Assembly (NCBI GenBank): GCA_964106915.2
Contig: OZ066923.1
Direction: 5' to 3' (one strand)
Length of the DNA stretch: 64,000 bases
Source of the DNA: Podarcis gaigeae
Lineage: Eukaryota
Below the pieces are notes generated by a model. It saw only the letters and a list, made by a program, of their open reading frames with translations, was not told where the DNA came from and did no database searches. Both the position numbers and the translations under genes were made by a program. Positions 52,677 to 64,000 of this stretch are shown piece after piece (positions within the stretch are counted from its first letter, which is position 1; each line of letters begins with the position of its first letter).

Positions 52677-53720
52677 ATTAGCACACATTATAATGCATGT
52701 GTGATTGTTGTGTCTTAAAATGCCAGTAAAGACAGCTGCAGCATATCAGGAATGCTAAGTGTGTTTTCTGCGGGCTGGATTGGACAAAAGTCCAAAGCAT
52801 GATGTGGTGAATTAAGAGGCCTGTGGCTGGTGCACATCTTCCTTCTTTTCACAGGTGCCTTGCTGTCCTGGTCTGCTTCCTTGAAGTCTTAAGTTGCCAG
52901 TGTCAAACTATGGTTTAACATTACATCTGAAACAGCCCATGGTCTCTTCAGACATTCTAAAAATGTTGCTACAGTAGTACTGGAGCAACACAGACATCCC
53001 TGCTTAACATTGCAAAGCTCTTAGGAAGCATGAAGTTAGAGGGATTGGACGGAATGGCTGCCATGTTTTGATACATTTTTCAACCCTTTCTTTTCTTCTC
53101 TTAAACTCTCACCAACTTTTTTCACACACACCCCCTTACAATCTATACATCTCTATCAATCTATACATTGATCCACCATGACTACTTTATTTTTAAATTA
53201 TCTAAAGTAAACATATAGGTATGTTGCCAATTTTTATATTCCTTCTCTTCTCTTGGGTTTAGATTCCAAAGTGTTTCAGACAGGTTTAGGTGAAAAGGTG
53301 GTTTCTCAAGTCTATGGCAAGTCTTGAACATCCAAGCTGCAGTTCTATACTAATTTGCCTGGGAGTAAGTTTCAGTGAACATAGTGGGGAAATTCTGAAT
53401 ATGCAAATACAGGATTATACTACATGTGTAGCTAGAATTTTAAACTTAAAATGGCATCATACTCAGTGCTTGTTTTCAGGGGGTAATCAAGGGTATGCAC
53501 TATCAACACCTCTTTTTGTTGTTTAAAAAGTGTGGCACTTGCTGTAACAACTTCAAGGTGAGTACTGGCACCTATTTTTCTAGAAAAAATGCACTGGTTA
53601 TACCTATAGGTTTAATTGCATTTTAGAAGACTGACTTTACTCAGCTTGGAAGAAATCCTGATTTACTATATTGGGCTCCAAATCACAGAAGACACACAGT
53701 ATGTAAAAAGCTATACTCAC

Positions 53721-53744
53721 ATTTTTCACATAGTCTTCCAATAG
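53721..53744 (-). CDS. PHF5A: PHF5A exon 2, 24-nt microexon (AIGRLCEK-)
   Basis: ttgcAG|CTATTGGAAGACTATGTGAAAAAT|GTGAGT; keeps the frame between exons 1 and 3. Confidence 0.95.
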
Positions 53745-53819
53745 CTGCAATGAAAACGGAGAAAAATGAATAACATTCATTTGGAAATTCCGAAAGTTCC
53801 ACATTATTTCTAGAATCCG

Positions 53820-54025
53820 TACACTTCAGGTTACAGACTCCGTTAACCCAAAAATAGTACCTCGGGTTAAGAACTTTGCTTCAGGATGAGAACAGAAATT
53901 GTGTTCCAGCAGCGCGGCGGCAGCGGGAGGCCCCATTAGCTAAAGTGGTGCTTCAGGTTAAGAACAGTTTCAGGTTAAGAACAGACCTCCAGAACTAATT
54001 AAGTTCTTAACCCGAGGTACCACTG
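53820..54025. mobile_element. pogo/Tigger-like MITE, copy 4 (left TIR missing), PHF5A intron 1
   Basis: Same interior as copy 2; right end CCGAGGTACCACTG|TA. Confidence 0.85.
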
Positions 54026-55658
54026 TACTACTCTTCAGGATTAACCTCATATTCGGGTGAGGATGGGTGAACTATGAGAGAATAATAGGTTTTAAAGGCA
54101 ATTAACTAAAATGTTTAATAAACACTTAACTTTTGGTATTCCGTAAGAAGATCCTATCCAGACTGATATTCGGGGCTGATCCTATCCATGCTTAGTCAAA
54201 GGTAAACTGAACGAACTTTAATCAGTGAGTAGCTAGATACAGTGCAGTGGCAGCAAGGCCACATGGCACAAAGTACCCGAGTATATTTTTAAAAGCAGCC
54301 TTTATATTTTCCTTCAGTTTCAAACAGTGGGACCTGTTTCCAGGCAACCGTAGGCTTTCACTGTTAATACTGTATTGGCAGGACTAAACTTAAAGCAAAC
54401 ATAATCTTTCCTCACTCTGCCTAACGTGTTTTGCCAAGATTAGAGCTTGTCATTTTCAAAACAACAGTAAGAATGTAATACTCATAGGGAATGAAGGCAA
54501 AGAATGCGCCATTTTGATGAAAATACAATAACAAAGCCTTGTGTCTTATGTACGTCACAGGCCGAGAGTGACGCAGCATCATGTAAACTTACAACTTCCA
54601 TAGGTAAATAAGAGGGCAGGAGGCCCCAAACCTGTAGTTGTATGGTAGGAAAATCTTGTAACAAGTATGATTAAAAAAATAAAAATAAATCCTTGCTGCT
54701 AAGAAGCAGTTAATAAAATATCAGTTAAAACCAGGAGGGAAGGGGACAGAAATGTAGGGCGTTACATATCACTATGTGACTCATGTAAAACTGTTGTAAC
54801 TGATACAACATTCATTTCACTTTAAGCAAGTACTGTATTTGGTTGCAAGAGGATCTCCTCTTTTGCAGCCCCGCTAGCTGAAATCCTTTTAATTAGATGC
54901 TAGGGATTGATCAGAACTTAAGTGTGCAAATCGTGTTCTAATATTATACAGCAGGACCTAAATGCTTCCATCTACATGCCACAATGATGCAGCAGATATA
55001 CAGTACTTGTTTTTCCATCTAGGTCTGCTTATGACAGCTGCAAGGTTGGCAGACGAACACTGCACTGTGTTAAGGAATATCTGACGGGGAGGGGTGGAGA
55101 GGAACAGTGATGGGCTCCAGAGATGCATTTGTATGCAATATAAACCATCCTAGGGGCCAGCTGGCAACCTGAGGATGGGAAAGCCATTAAGGAGCAACTA
55201 CTTTATACAGAACTTATGCTCTGAATTCAGCTGTCAGGGCTAATGGTTAAACGGACTAGACCTCGGCTGATTTAAAGCTCCTTCTAAAGCCACCTAAGCC
55301 TGCGACTATCACTGCATCTGAGGGCACGGAATCCCCCGAGTTCACTGCCGCTTGCGAGATGCGGAGAATGAGGTTTCGCCGGTCCATTTCTGAATCTCCC
55401 GCCGGTCGATTTCATTGGGCGGCTACGACTTCAGCCACAACGAGTGAGGCCCAAGCGCGCCGGTTCGCAATTCCGTTTCAGACGTAAGGCCTCGCCGCGT
55501 TTTGCCGTTTGGACCAGAGCAGAAGTCAGTCGAGCCTCCCGCCTCGGAGACCCGGCCGGTGTGGCCTTCCCGGCCGCTGCTCTCCGCCCGCCTCCCGCGC
55601 AGGCCAGGCCCCCCTAGGCTCCCGGTCCGAGGGAAAGGGGGAAGGAAGGGGGCCTCAC

Positions 55659-55710
55659 CCACGCCCGCCTGCTTGCGGCAGAAGATCAAATCCGGGTGGT
55701 GCTTGGCCAT
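55659..55710 (-). CDS. PHF5A: PHF5A coding exon 1 (MAKHHPDLIFCRKQAGV-)
   Basis: Recognisable N-terminus of PHF5A/SF3b14b/Rds3; 52 nt; donor G|GTGAGG. Confidence 0.97.
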
Positions 55711-56586
55711 CCCTGAACCCCTTCGCCTCGCGCCGCCGTCGTTACTGGCCTTTCACCTTTGACCCCTTCAGGTCCTGGGGAAAGCGCAGGTCCTACACAC
55801 TCGCCCACCTCCACACAAACCGGCTTTTAATTTCCTTTCGCGCGCTGCCGCGTCGGGTTACCACACTCGAATATCCCGCAAATAAACAACAACGTGTTTC
55901 TTCGTAGCCCTTAGAATATTTTTAGAAGGGGGAAATGTCGGCAATTTACAACTCTCTCTCTTTCAGGACCTGGCAGAGTACCGCCCTCTCGACTGACGTC
56001 ATTAGCACGCTAGAGATTGGACCCATTTTTCAGACGGGCAGCGTAGAGTTAGACTTGAAATGCTTACAGAGGCCTCAACTTTCGTTTGCTTTCCCTCTCT
56101 AAGGGCGGAAGTGAGAGCTTTTCATAGAAATTTGGGGAGGAATTCACGATGCTAGCGTAGCAACCCGAGGCAGAAATAACATAATACTCCTAATGTTGCT
56201 ACTTTTTTTTGTTTCTAAGTGAACGCGCTGCTCCTCCTCACCTACGCTAAGCTAATAGACTTCCCCATTGATTTGTACAAGCAAGCCTTAATTTCGGTAC
56301 TATTGTAGCGGGACAGGGAATACGTATGCCCACGTAAACCCGGAAATTTCCAATTTTTTAAAATGTGGACTTCTCTGCATTTTCTTATCACTATGTACTA
56401 TTATTGACGAGGAAACCGGTTTCCTGTGGAGAAGTCATGCCTCCGGAAGTACTTTGTTTCCACGTGCCCGCTTCTATTTAAAAGGAGACTTGATGGGCGC
56501 GGCCTAGGCCCCGCCTACGAGGCACGTCCTTTAAAAGCCCCGTGTGACGCTATCGCGCGGCGACTTCATCTTTGTCAGTGAACAAA
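55711..56586. promoter_or_regulatory. PHF5A/ACO2 bidirectional CpG-island promoter and 5' UTRs
   Basis: 876 bp between divergent ATGs; CRE TGACGTCA (55994-56001); ETS/GABP GGCGGAAGT (~56104) and CCGGAAGT (56443-56450); E-box CACGTG (56461-56466); YY1-type AAAATGGCG over the ACO2 ATG. Confidence 0.88.
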
Positions 56587-56593
56587 ATGGCGC
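56560..56593 (+). promoter_or_regulatory. ACO2: Iron-responsive element (IRE) in the ACO2 5' UTR, including the start codon
   Basis: Bulged C (56570), 5-bp upper stem TTTGT/ACAAA, loop CAGTGA (56576-56581), lower stem TCAT/ATGG. Matches the known mitochondrial aconitase IRE architecture. Confidence 0.93.
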
Positions 56594-56622
56594 CGTACTG
56601 TGTCCTAGTCAGTCGGTTACAG
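56587..56622 (+). CDS. ACO2: ACO2 coding exon 1 (MAPYCVLVSRLQ), start of the mitochondrial presequence
   Basis: 36 nt; donor CAG|GTGAGT; MAPY start typical of ACO2; preceded by the IRE. Confidence 0.93.
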
Positions 56623-57844
56623 GTGAGTCTGGTACCCGTAGACTCGGTTATGGGCAGAGCAAGCGGTAGAAGCTGAGTGTAGCTGGCGAAGTCGGCAGTG
56701 GGGGTCGAGGCCTGCGCGCCCCTCGCTGCTCTTCGGGCTCGGCCTTCCGCTTCCTCGCTGTAGGTCAATGTGTCCCCCATGCCGGTCCCGCCTGTGACTC
56801 CCTGCAAGCGAGGAGGGATGTTTGCTTGGCAGTACCGTAGAAAGCCCTGGCATGCCAACACATGTACACTAGCGAAGGCTTCGTGCTGTCTCCGGGGCTG
56901 GTGTGCTGTCTGGTGGGGCCCCGCTCAAGGTGAGGGCAAGGTTACTGGGGTTCTGCGCCGCTGCTGGCTTCCCTCCACACTCGGCATTTATAAACGACGC
57001 ATTGTACCGTTATGCATGCAGTCGTATTGATAGATGGATTTTTACAACCTACACACGGTAGGTGGCATAGGAATTCACTTCTCAGCGATAGGCCTCTTCC
57101 CTGTGGCTCGTTTCACACAAATAGCGCCCCAAATTTTACGCTACAAATTGTGCACAGAACTTATTTTGGGTAGGTAGGACTTAACCTCTCTAGCCCTACA
57201 ATCCTGTATACATTCTTATTTGGGCGAGCCACTCAATGGGGTTTCCTCTGAGTAAAAATGTAGAAGATTTTGCTGTAAAACCTAAGCACCAAATAGTCAA
57301 GCTGTAAATGTTAGATGTATTGCTACTTTTTGTAATGTTTTGTAATACCTTTTTTTAAAAAAAAATTGGTTTGTTTCAATCAACCAAATAGCTCAGGTTT
57401 AGGCATGAGATGGACATGCATAACTTTGTATGCTGCCTTTCCGTAGTTCAAACCATGCTCAGGACAGTTTGCAACATAAAAAATACATAATTACACACAT
57501 AACAAAAGTAGACACAAACAATAAATACTAAAAGTTCACAAATTAAAACAATTTCCACATAAATAATATTTAAAATAAAGATACCAATTGATTACAGCAG
57601 CAACCCCACTCAACAAAACCCCCTAAAAAGTACCCCAGTCCAAGAGTCTGTTCAGCATCCTCAACTTTTGTAGCTGGAATCAATCAGGATCCTGCCCGCC
57701 CAGGCCAGGTGGGTAAAGGCCTGCAGGGCAGGGAGCAGGTCTTCCAGGACTCACAGCCAAGATGGACACCAACACTGCAGACAGGATGAACTTGAAGCTA
57801 AGATTGTTGGTTTATGAAAGAGATACCATGTGCATAAGGGAATA

Positions 57845-58070
57845 CAGTGGTACCTCGGGTTAAGTACTTAATTCGTTCCGGAGGACCGTTCTTAACCCGA
57901 AACTGTTCTTAACCTGAAACACCACTTTAGCTAATGGGGCCTCCTGCTGCCGCTGTGCCGCCGGAGCACGATTTCTGTTCTCATCCTGAAGCAAAGTTCT
58001 TAACCTGAGGTACTATTTCTGGGTTAGTGGAGTATGTAACCTGAAGCATATGTAACCTGAGGTACCACTG
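57845..58070. mobile_element. pogo/Tigger-like MITE, copy 5, ACO2 intron 1
   Basis: TA|CAGTGGTACCTCGGGTTA...TAACCTGAGGTACCACTG|TA; very similar to copy 3. Confidence 0.9.
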
Positions 58071-59194
58071 TAATACTTACATTGGGGCCTTAATGGTGCA
58101 TGTTAATGGGTTCTGAAGACTCAAGAGATACTGTTGCTGATACCAGCCTGTATGATACCAGCTTTCATTTTCTCCAAATATAAGTGGGACAAATTGATTT
58201 CTCGGCACCCCTACTTCATATAGCCCTCTTCATTCTCTCTACTTGTTGAAAAGTCTGCCTGCTTTACCATAATAAAGAACGTTGCCCAATCCACATATTC
58301 AACATTCATTTTCCCTGAAACAGTATCTTCCAATATCTTCCATTGATATAAAGTCAGGTCATATTAGGGACACTGAAGATCCAGTATGCAGCATACTGAA
58401 AACAGTTATTTTCTTTACCAAAACTAGCTCCCTGCACAGTGATGTTTTGTTTTCCCCCACTCCATTTATCCCTTAGTCACTTACATTGAGTAAGAGTGTA
58501 TGGAGGGGACACACTCTGATTATTTCTACTCAAGAGGGCTTGCATGCTACTTCTGAACAGTCAGCCCTGAGGGAGGAATTTGTGCTGGATCTTCTAGCTG
58601 ATTGGTCCATCAGCTGCCAATCAAGTATAAACCCTGTTGCTGTAGGTGGTAGATCATCAATGAGCACACTCTTATACTGTTAATGGATACAGGCGGTGAC
58701 CATTTCACATGGGAGTTCAATTCCTAGAATCCATGCACAACAGCAGAGCACGTATAAGCTCAAAAGAACCCGTGTCTCAGTAATCTTGCATCAATTGGAC
58801 ATTTCTAAAATGGTTGCCGCCTGTACAGAGTTCCCTTTAAAAGTACTGGGAAGCTGCTAGAAACTAGCTGTATTGTGACTATGCTACACAGTCAGAACTA
58901 TACCGTATATAGTAGTGTGTGGGAAAGCATTTCTGTTTTGTTCTGGACAGTTCCAATTTTATTTAAGAAGCAAGATACTGTGGAGGTGGCAAGCAGAGAA
59001 TAGAATTGGAAAAGTAACAGCTGTGTCAGAGTTTTGAGAGGTATATGCTAACTTCAGGTAGAAGGAGAGATTGCACACCGATAAGCTAACAATGGAACGA
59101 GGCTTTCAAGACCAACTCTGAAAGACTGCTGTGGGGACTGAAAATTCAGTGAAGTTTTGGGTTGCATCTTAAGATTAAAAGCAGTATTTAGAGT

Positions 59195-59324
59195 AAGGGT
59201 GGCTAACCTTTGGCCTTCTAGATGTTGATGGACCACAATTCCACTTATCCCTGGCTTATTGGACGTGTTGACTGGAGCTGATATGAGTTGGAGTTCAACA
59301 ATATCTGGAGGTTAGCCACCCCTG
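59195..59324. mobile_element. ~120-bp palindromic hAT-type MITE (related copies near 15285, 19950, 31050, 43942, 45272, 62393)
   Basis: GGGTGGCTAACC...GGTTAGCCACCC inverted ends; agatgttg..ggac.acaa core shared across copies. Confidence 0.65.
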
Positions 59325-61173
59325 TTTTAGGAGGCTTTATGTACAACTAGGGGAAAAGTTTGAAGAGGAAAAGTAGAACACATACTTGTGGGGGTGTAAT
59401 GTTGACATGTTTACAAAAATGCCATTGTGGTTGGCCAAGGACCTATGACTGAACTGAGACTTAATCCTGTGACCAGTGGTAATGGTGCTGCTTAAACACC
59501 TCTTTCCCCTCATAATTAAGCTATCTACCTGGAATGTCTCATGTGCAAATTCTGTTAACATGAATGTCACACTAATTTCAGTGGGATTCTGCAAGAGGCA
59601 TTCCTCATGTATTGTACTTTTAGTCATGATGACTTTGAGGTAACATGTGAACTGCTCACTCAAAATGCCAATAGGAGCAGAAAAATGAGTGAAATCACAA
59701 ACATAATGTTGCCTAGATTTGTATTTTGGGTTATGAAGTGAACAGTTTTCCAATTGTAGTTCCATTTAACTAAAGCAATAGGCAGAAAATCTAAAGTAGA
59801 GTCAGTGTTTTTAATTTTCCGCACAAAGTAATGAATCTCAGAGAAGTCAAATTGAGGATTGGAGTCTTGAGTCACTTCCTTTCTCAGTAGAATTTTGTAC
59901 TGAGATTTTTCAGGACAGATTTATGCAAGAAATTGTGAAGGTGGATGACCATCACTTGATCAGATTTGAAACTGAAAGCTGTTTAAAGATCTGCTGACTT
60001 CTTCAGTCATATAAGGACATAAAGACAGCTTTGGCTACAATCCTAAGTACCTTTACTAGGGAGTACCATTTGACTAAACAGGATTTACTCCTCAATAAGC
60101 ATTATTAGGATTGCAGTATTGTGTTTGTCAGTCTTATATTAAAAATAGTCTTAAAATTTGAAAACTGGAAGCTTACTTGGGGATAGTGACAGCAACTGAC
60201 AATGGTGCTAATCTTTGCTTGACAAATAAAGTTTGTCTATACATGCAGTGGTTGCCTATCTCTTGTGTGCATGGTGTTGTTGCAATCAAAATTCTGACAC
60301 TTCTTTGCTGTGAACGGTGTTTCTAGATTGCCAGTGCAATCAATTAACTTTTCCCTGAAATCATCTCCCCTCACAATTTTATAATTGTTCTGTTTTATAT
60401 TTGTATGTGCATTTTCGCCTCACTGTGACCCTGTAAGGTAGGCTAGTTTTCAAGAGAATTAACTAAAAGCTGGCAGCCTAGCTATATATTCTGCCTGAAC
60501 ATTTATGATTTTAACGTGGTCTATCTACACATGCAGCAGAAGATGATAGTAGTAGTAGAGCTTTAAAATGGATTGTACTACTTCAGATTGGAGATGGGGA
60601 TCATATTTTTTAGTGCTTCCCCATGTTAGGGGTGGGAGAAACACTCCCCACAAGTAGAAAACGAGGCTATGAGTATTTCTTCCCCTGATTTACCAGTTTT
60701 TCTTTTTGCTGGGATATTTTATTTTATTTTATTTTTTGCTATTCTGCCACTTCTCTCTCCTACCTTTCTCCTATCAGCCTTTGCTGCAAACTTTGAAGTG
60801 TGGACTTCTGGCAAGGATTGGTACTGGGTTGGTCAGTGCTGTTTGGAAAACTGGAGAGGTGCTGTTAGAGTGTGCAGAGGTGTACTTACTGCAAGCTTGA
60901 GATGTTTAGGGAATGGCTTAGCATATTGGGCCTTAAAAAAGAAATTATTCGCAAAGTGGTACTTCTAGTCTTCTTGTAGCTGCAGGTGCTCCCTAATCTC
61001 CAGAATCCCTTTTGGAAGCAGCCAGTATCCTGTTGGCGGTAGCTGGTGAAAGCTGCTGGAGTTATCTTGCATTTGACATTCTGTGGCTTCCAAGTATTTC
61101 TCATATTTCTCATTGTAAGGTCTGCATTTCATTGATGGTGACAGCTAAGCACTCCCTTGTCTGTTTATTTCAG

Positions 61174-61316
61174 CAAGCCTTGAGTAAAGGTGTTCGGAGG
61201 TACCATGCCTCTCGTGTCCTGTGCCAGAGGGCCAAAGTGGCCATGAGTCAGTTTGAACCCAGTGAATTTGTGAACTATGAAAAGCTTGAGAAAAACATCA
61301 ACATTGTCCGGAAAAG
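61174..61316 (+). CDS. ACO2: ACO2 exon 2 ([48 protein letters not shown])
   Basis: tttcAG acceptor, AG|GTAAGA donor, 143 nt; [10 protein letters not shown] and [11 protein letters not shown] motifs. Confidence 0.95.
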
Positions 61317-62218
61317 GTAAGAGTTGAGCTTGAAAAATGTCTTATTAAATGGCTGGGAGAAAAGTAGTTATTACAAAAATATATTTCTATGCAAAATCTT
61401 GTAGTCGTAGTGGAATACGGAATATTTCTGAACAGCTTTCATGTATTGAGGCTTGAATGCATGTGGTGGCAATTTTTTTTTATTTCAGTTTCTTTCCCCT
61501 TTTCCTTAAAAGTGATTTAGTTCAAAATATCAGGAAAAGATTTAGGCTTAAAGTCTTAATTGCACAGGTTATTTTAAAAAGTGCTTGCTTATTTCTATTA
61601 CTTCATTTTAAATGCTGCCATTTTAACTGAGCACTCTAAAGTGGTGAAATGAACTTGTGGAATTCTGTTGTGGGGGGCATATATTTAAAAATATAAAGCT
61701 TCTAGAAATACCTTCTATTATGGATAGTCATTTTTGCATCTTCCAAGCTTTTGGTAACCAATCTGAGTATGAAAATAATTGCATTAACTGGTTCCTCATG
61801 AGTAGTCGTGGCTGCGAAGCTTTTAGGATCAAAGCAAAAATGACCATTAAGTGCTCTCACCTTCAGAGCTGTGAGGTAATTATCGCCATAAATCCCATAA
61901 GTCATTCCACCCTACCTGTAGCATCCAGGAAACCTAATCAATTCATGCGAGCTGTTATCATGTAACTAGTTGAGATTTTAACCCAAAATGGAAGGTGAAT
62001 ACGTGAATGAAAAACCGCTTCAAAAGTCATACAAATTTGTATTTATTTTACAAAAGGGGAAACATCTCAAATGAGAATTAGAGATGCTAAATAGAACAAT
62101 TAGGAGTCAGTTCTGGTATAACACCCCTGCTTTTTAAACCCTGGTTGAGCAAGCAATTGTGGGCCGCAGGATTCTCTGCTTTCCGTCATGCCCTGAATCT
62201 TCTGGAGCACAAATTTCT

Positions 62219-62256
62219 CTTGTTAGCTCTAACATTCCCTTGTTAGCTCTAACATT
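62219..62256. repeat. 20-bp-period tandem duplication of a mini-hairpin
   Basis: cttgttagctctaacatt x2; each unit folds as tgttag-ct-ctaaca. Confidence 0.85.
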
Positions 62257-62596
62257 AAAGTATATGCAGCATCAGGATCAACTATTGCTGGCCATTAGCT
62301 CCTGAAGCTCTTTCCTCTAGCGACATACTTGCGTGTAGAACCTGACAATGAGCCTTCACCTGTGACGGAACTGGGCTAAAGTAATGGGCTACAATGGGGT
62401 GGAGAACTTTTGGCCCTCAAGTTGTTGGGACTACAACTCACATCACCTTTTGCCCTTGACAACACTGGCTAGGACTAATGGAATCCAACCTGTCTGGAGG
62501 ACTGTAGTTTCCCTACGCTGGCGCTGCAGACAGGACCTTTATGAGTCTCATGTTAACATTTTGAAATACGTGACGTGGTTACAATGAAGGAGCTGA

Positions 62597-63076
<480 letters not shown>

Positions 63077-64000
63077 TGAGGTTGCATCTAAAATGGAAGT
63101 TGGGACTAAACAGATGTGGTGATACAGAGCAAGAGCCTCTAAACTACCATTAAACTAATGTTAAATACAGGGAAAACCTTCCTAGATCCCAGCAAGCCAT
63201 GAGGATCCTGCATATTTTAATGTTTTCCAGTCTTGCCCTTTAAAATAACTTTCCATCTTGTCACTTCTTCCTCTGAAGTGTTTACCTTAGTTTCCAAAAC
63301 AGTAAGACTTAGAGCAATACTGCTGTAGTAGACACTGTTGTAGTTATGATAAAGGTACCTCATGTGATTTCTTGGGTTTGAAATGTTCCAGCTCAAGAAT
63401 CTTTTTGCTCATTAAGTCAGCAAGGTAATATCTGGAGAGTAACCAAAAAATCATGGGAAAGAAGTGATTTTTTTTATTTGTTCTGCATTTGGACTGTTGC
63501 ATGTCAGGTTGAATAATATAACAATTGTGCCCCCTTGATTCATAGAAACAGATCACTGCAGTATTTATGGAGAAGATCATCCTTCATGCATTCTAATCTT
63601 TGGCATTGTTTTTAATTTTTAATTGGCTCAGCCTATTATGTTGGTGGGATTAGACACAACATCTCATTTTGCATGTGTCTCAGAAGAATGTGCATACGTA
63701 TATATGTGTATTCTACAGGAAAAGCGTGCAGTGTTTGGAAAAGAGTCGATTTTTATATAGTTGTTTATATTTGCCATAACAAAAAAGAAAAGAAAACTGA
63801 ATATATTTGTATGCAACTCATGCAAGCTATACAATTAATCTCTGGATGCAGACTTTTTTTTAGAACACAACAGACAGGTTTTGGTTATTTATCCTGCCTG
63901 TCAACATATGCCTAGGAAAATTATAACTTATTGCAAGTTGCAACCAGCAGATTAAATAAAGACCTGCTTGGTATCTGACTGGGATGTCATTCTCAAAATA

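Noticed and set aside
55423-57030. Extra ORFs around the PHF5A/ACO2 promoter
   Set aside because: Exon-1 read-through or CpG-island artefacts; the real exons are bounded by canonical donors

Overview
Vertebrate genomic DNA. The repeat complement (Sauria/Squam1 SINEs with (ACCTTT)n tails, CR1, L2, Penelope, hAT and pogo/Tigger MITEs) points to a squamate, probably a lacertid lizard. The window holds the conserved TOB2-PHF5A-ACO2 block. TOB2 (- strand) has one coding exon (341 aa), a ~3.3 kb 3' UTR and a CpG-island promoter at ~34.6-37.6 kb. PHF5A (- strand) is complete with 4 exons (110 aa). ACO2 exons 1-3 (+ strand) lie head-to-head with PHF5A across a ~0.9 kb bidirectional promoter, and a canonical iron-responsive element includes the ACO2 start codon. 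The first ~4.2 kb looks like a 3' UTR (TEF expected from synteny, not confirmed) and 4-25 kb is repeat-rich intergenic DNA. I found no convincing undescribed biological system. The most notable leads are a Tigger1-like transposon end resembling the mammalian element, an orphan promoter-like CpG cluster at 40-41 kb, motif-dense candidate enhancers (D-box/UPRE/CTCF at 13.3-13.5 kb; CRE+MEF2 at 18.45 kb), uORFs in the TOB2 leader, a decayed Penelope hammerhead and a weak ACO2 intron-3 donor. Family and orthologue comparisons are from memory; no searches were run.
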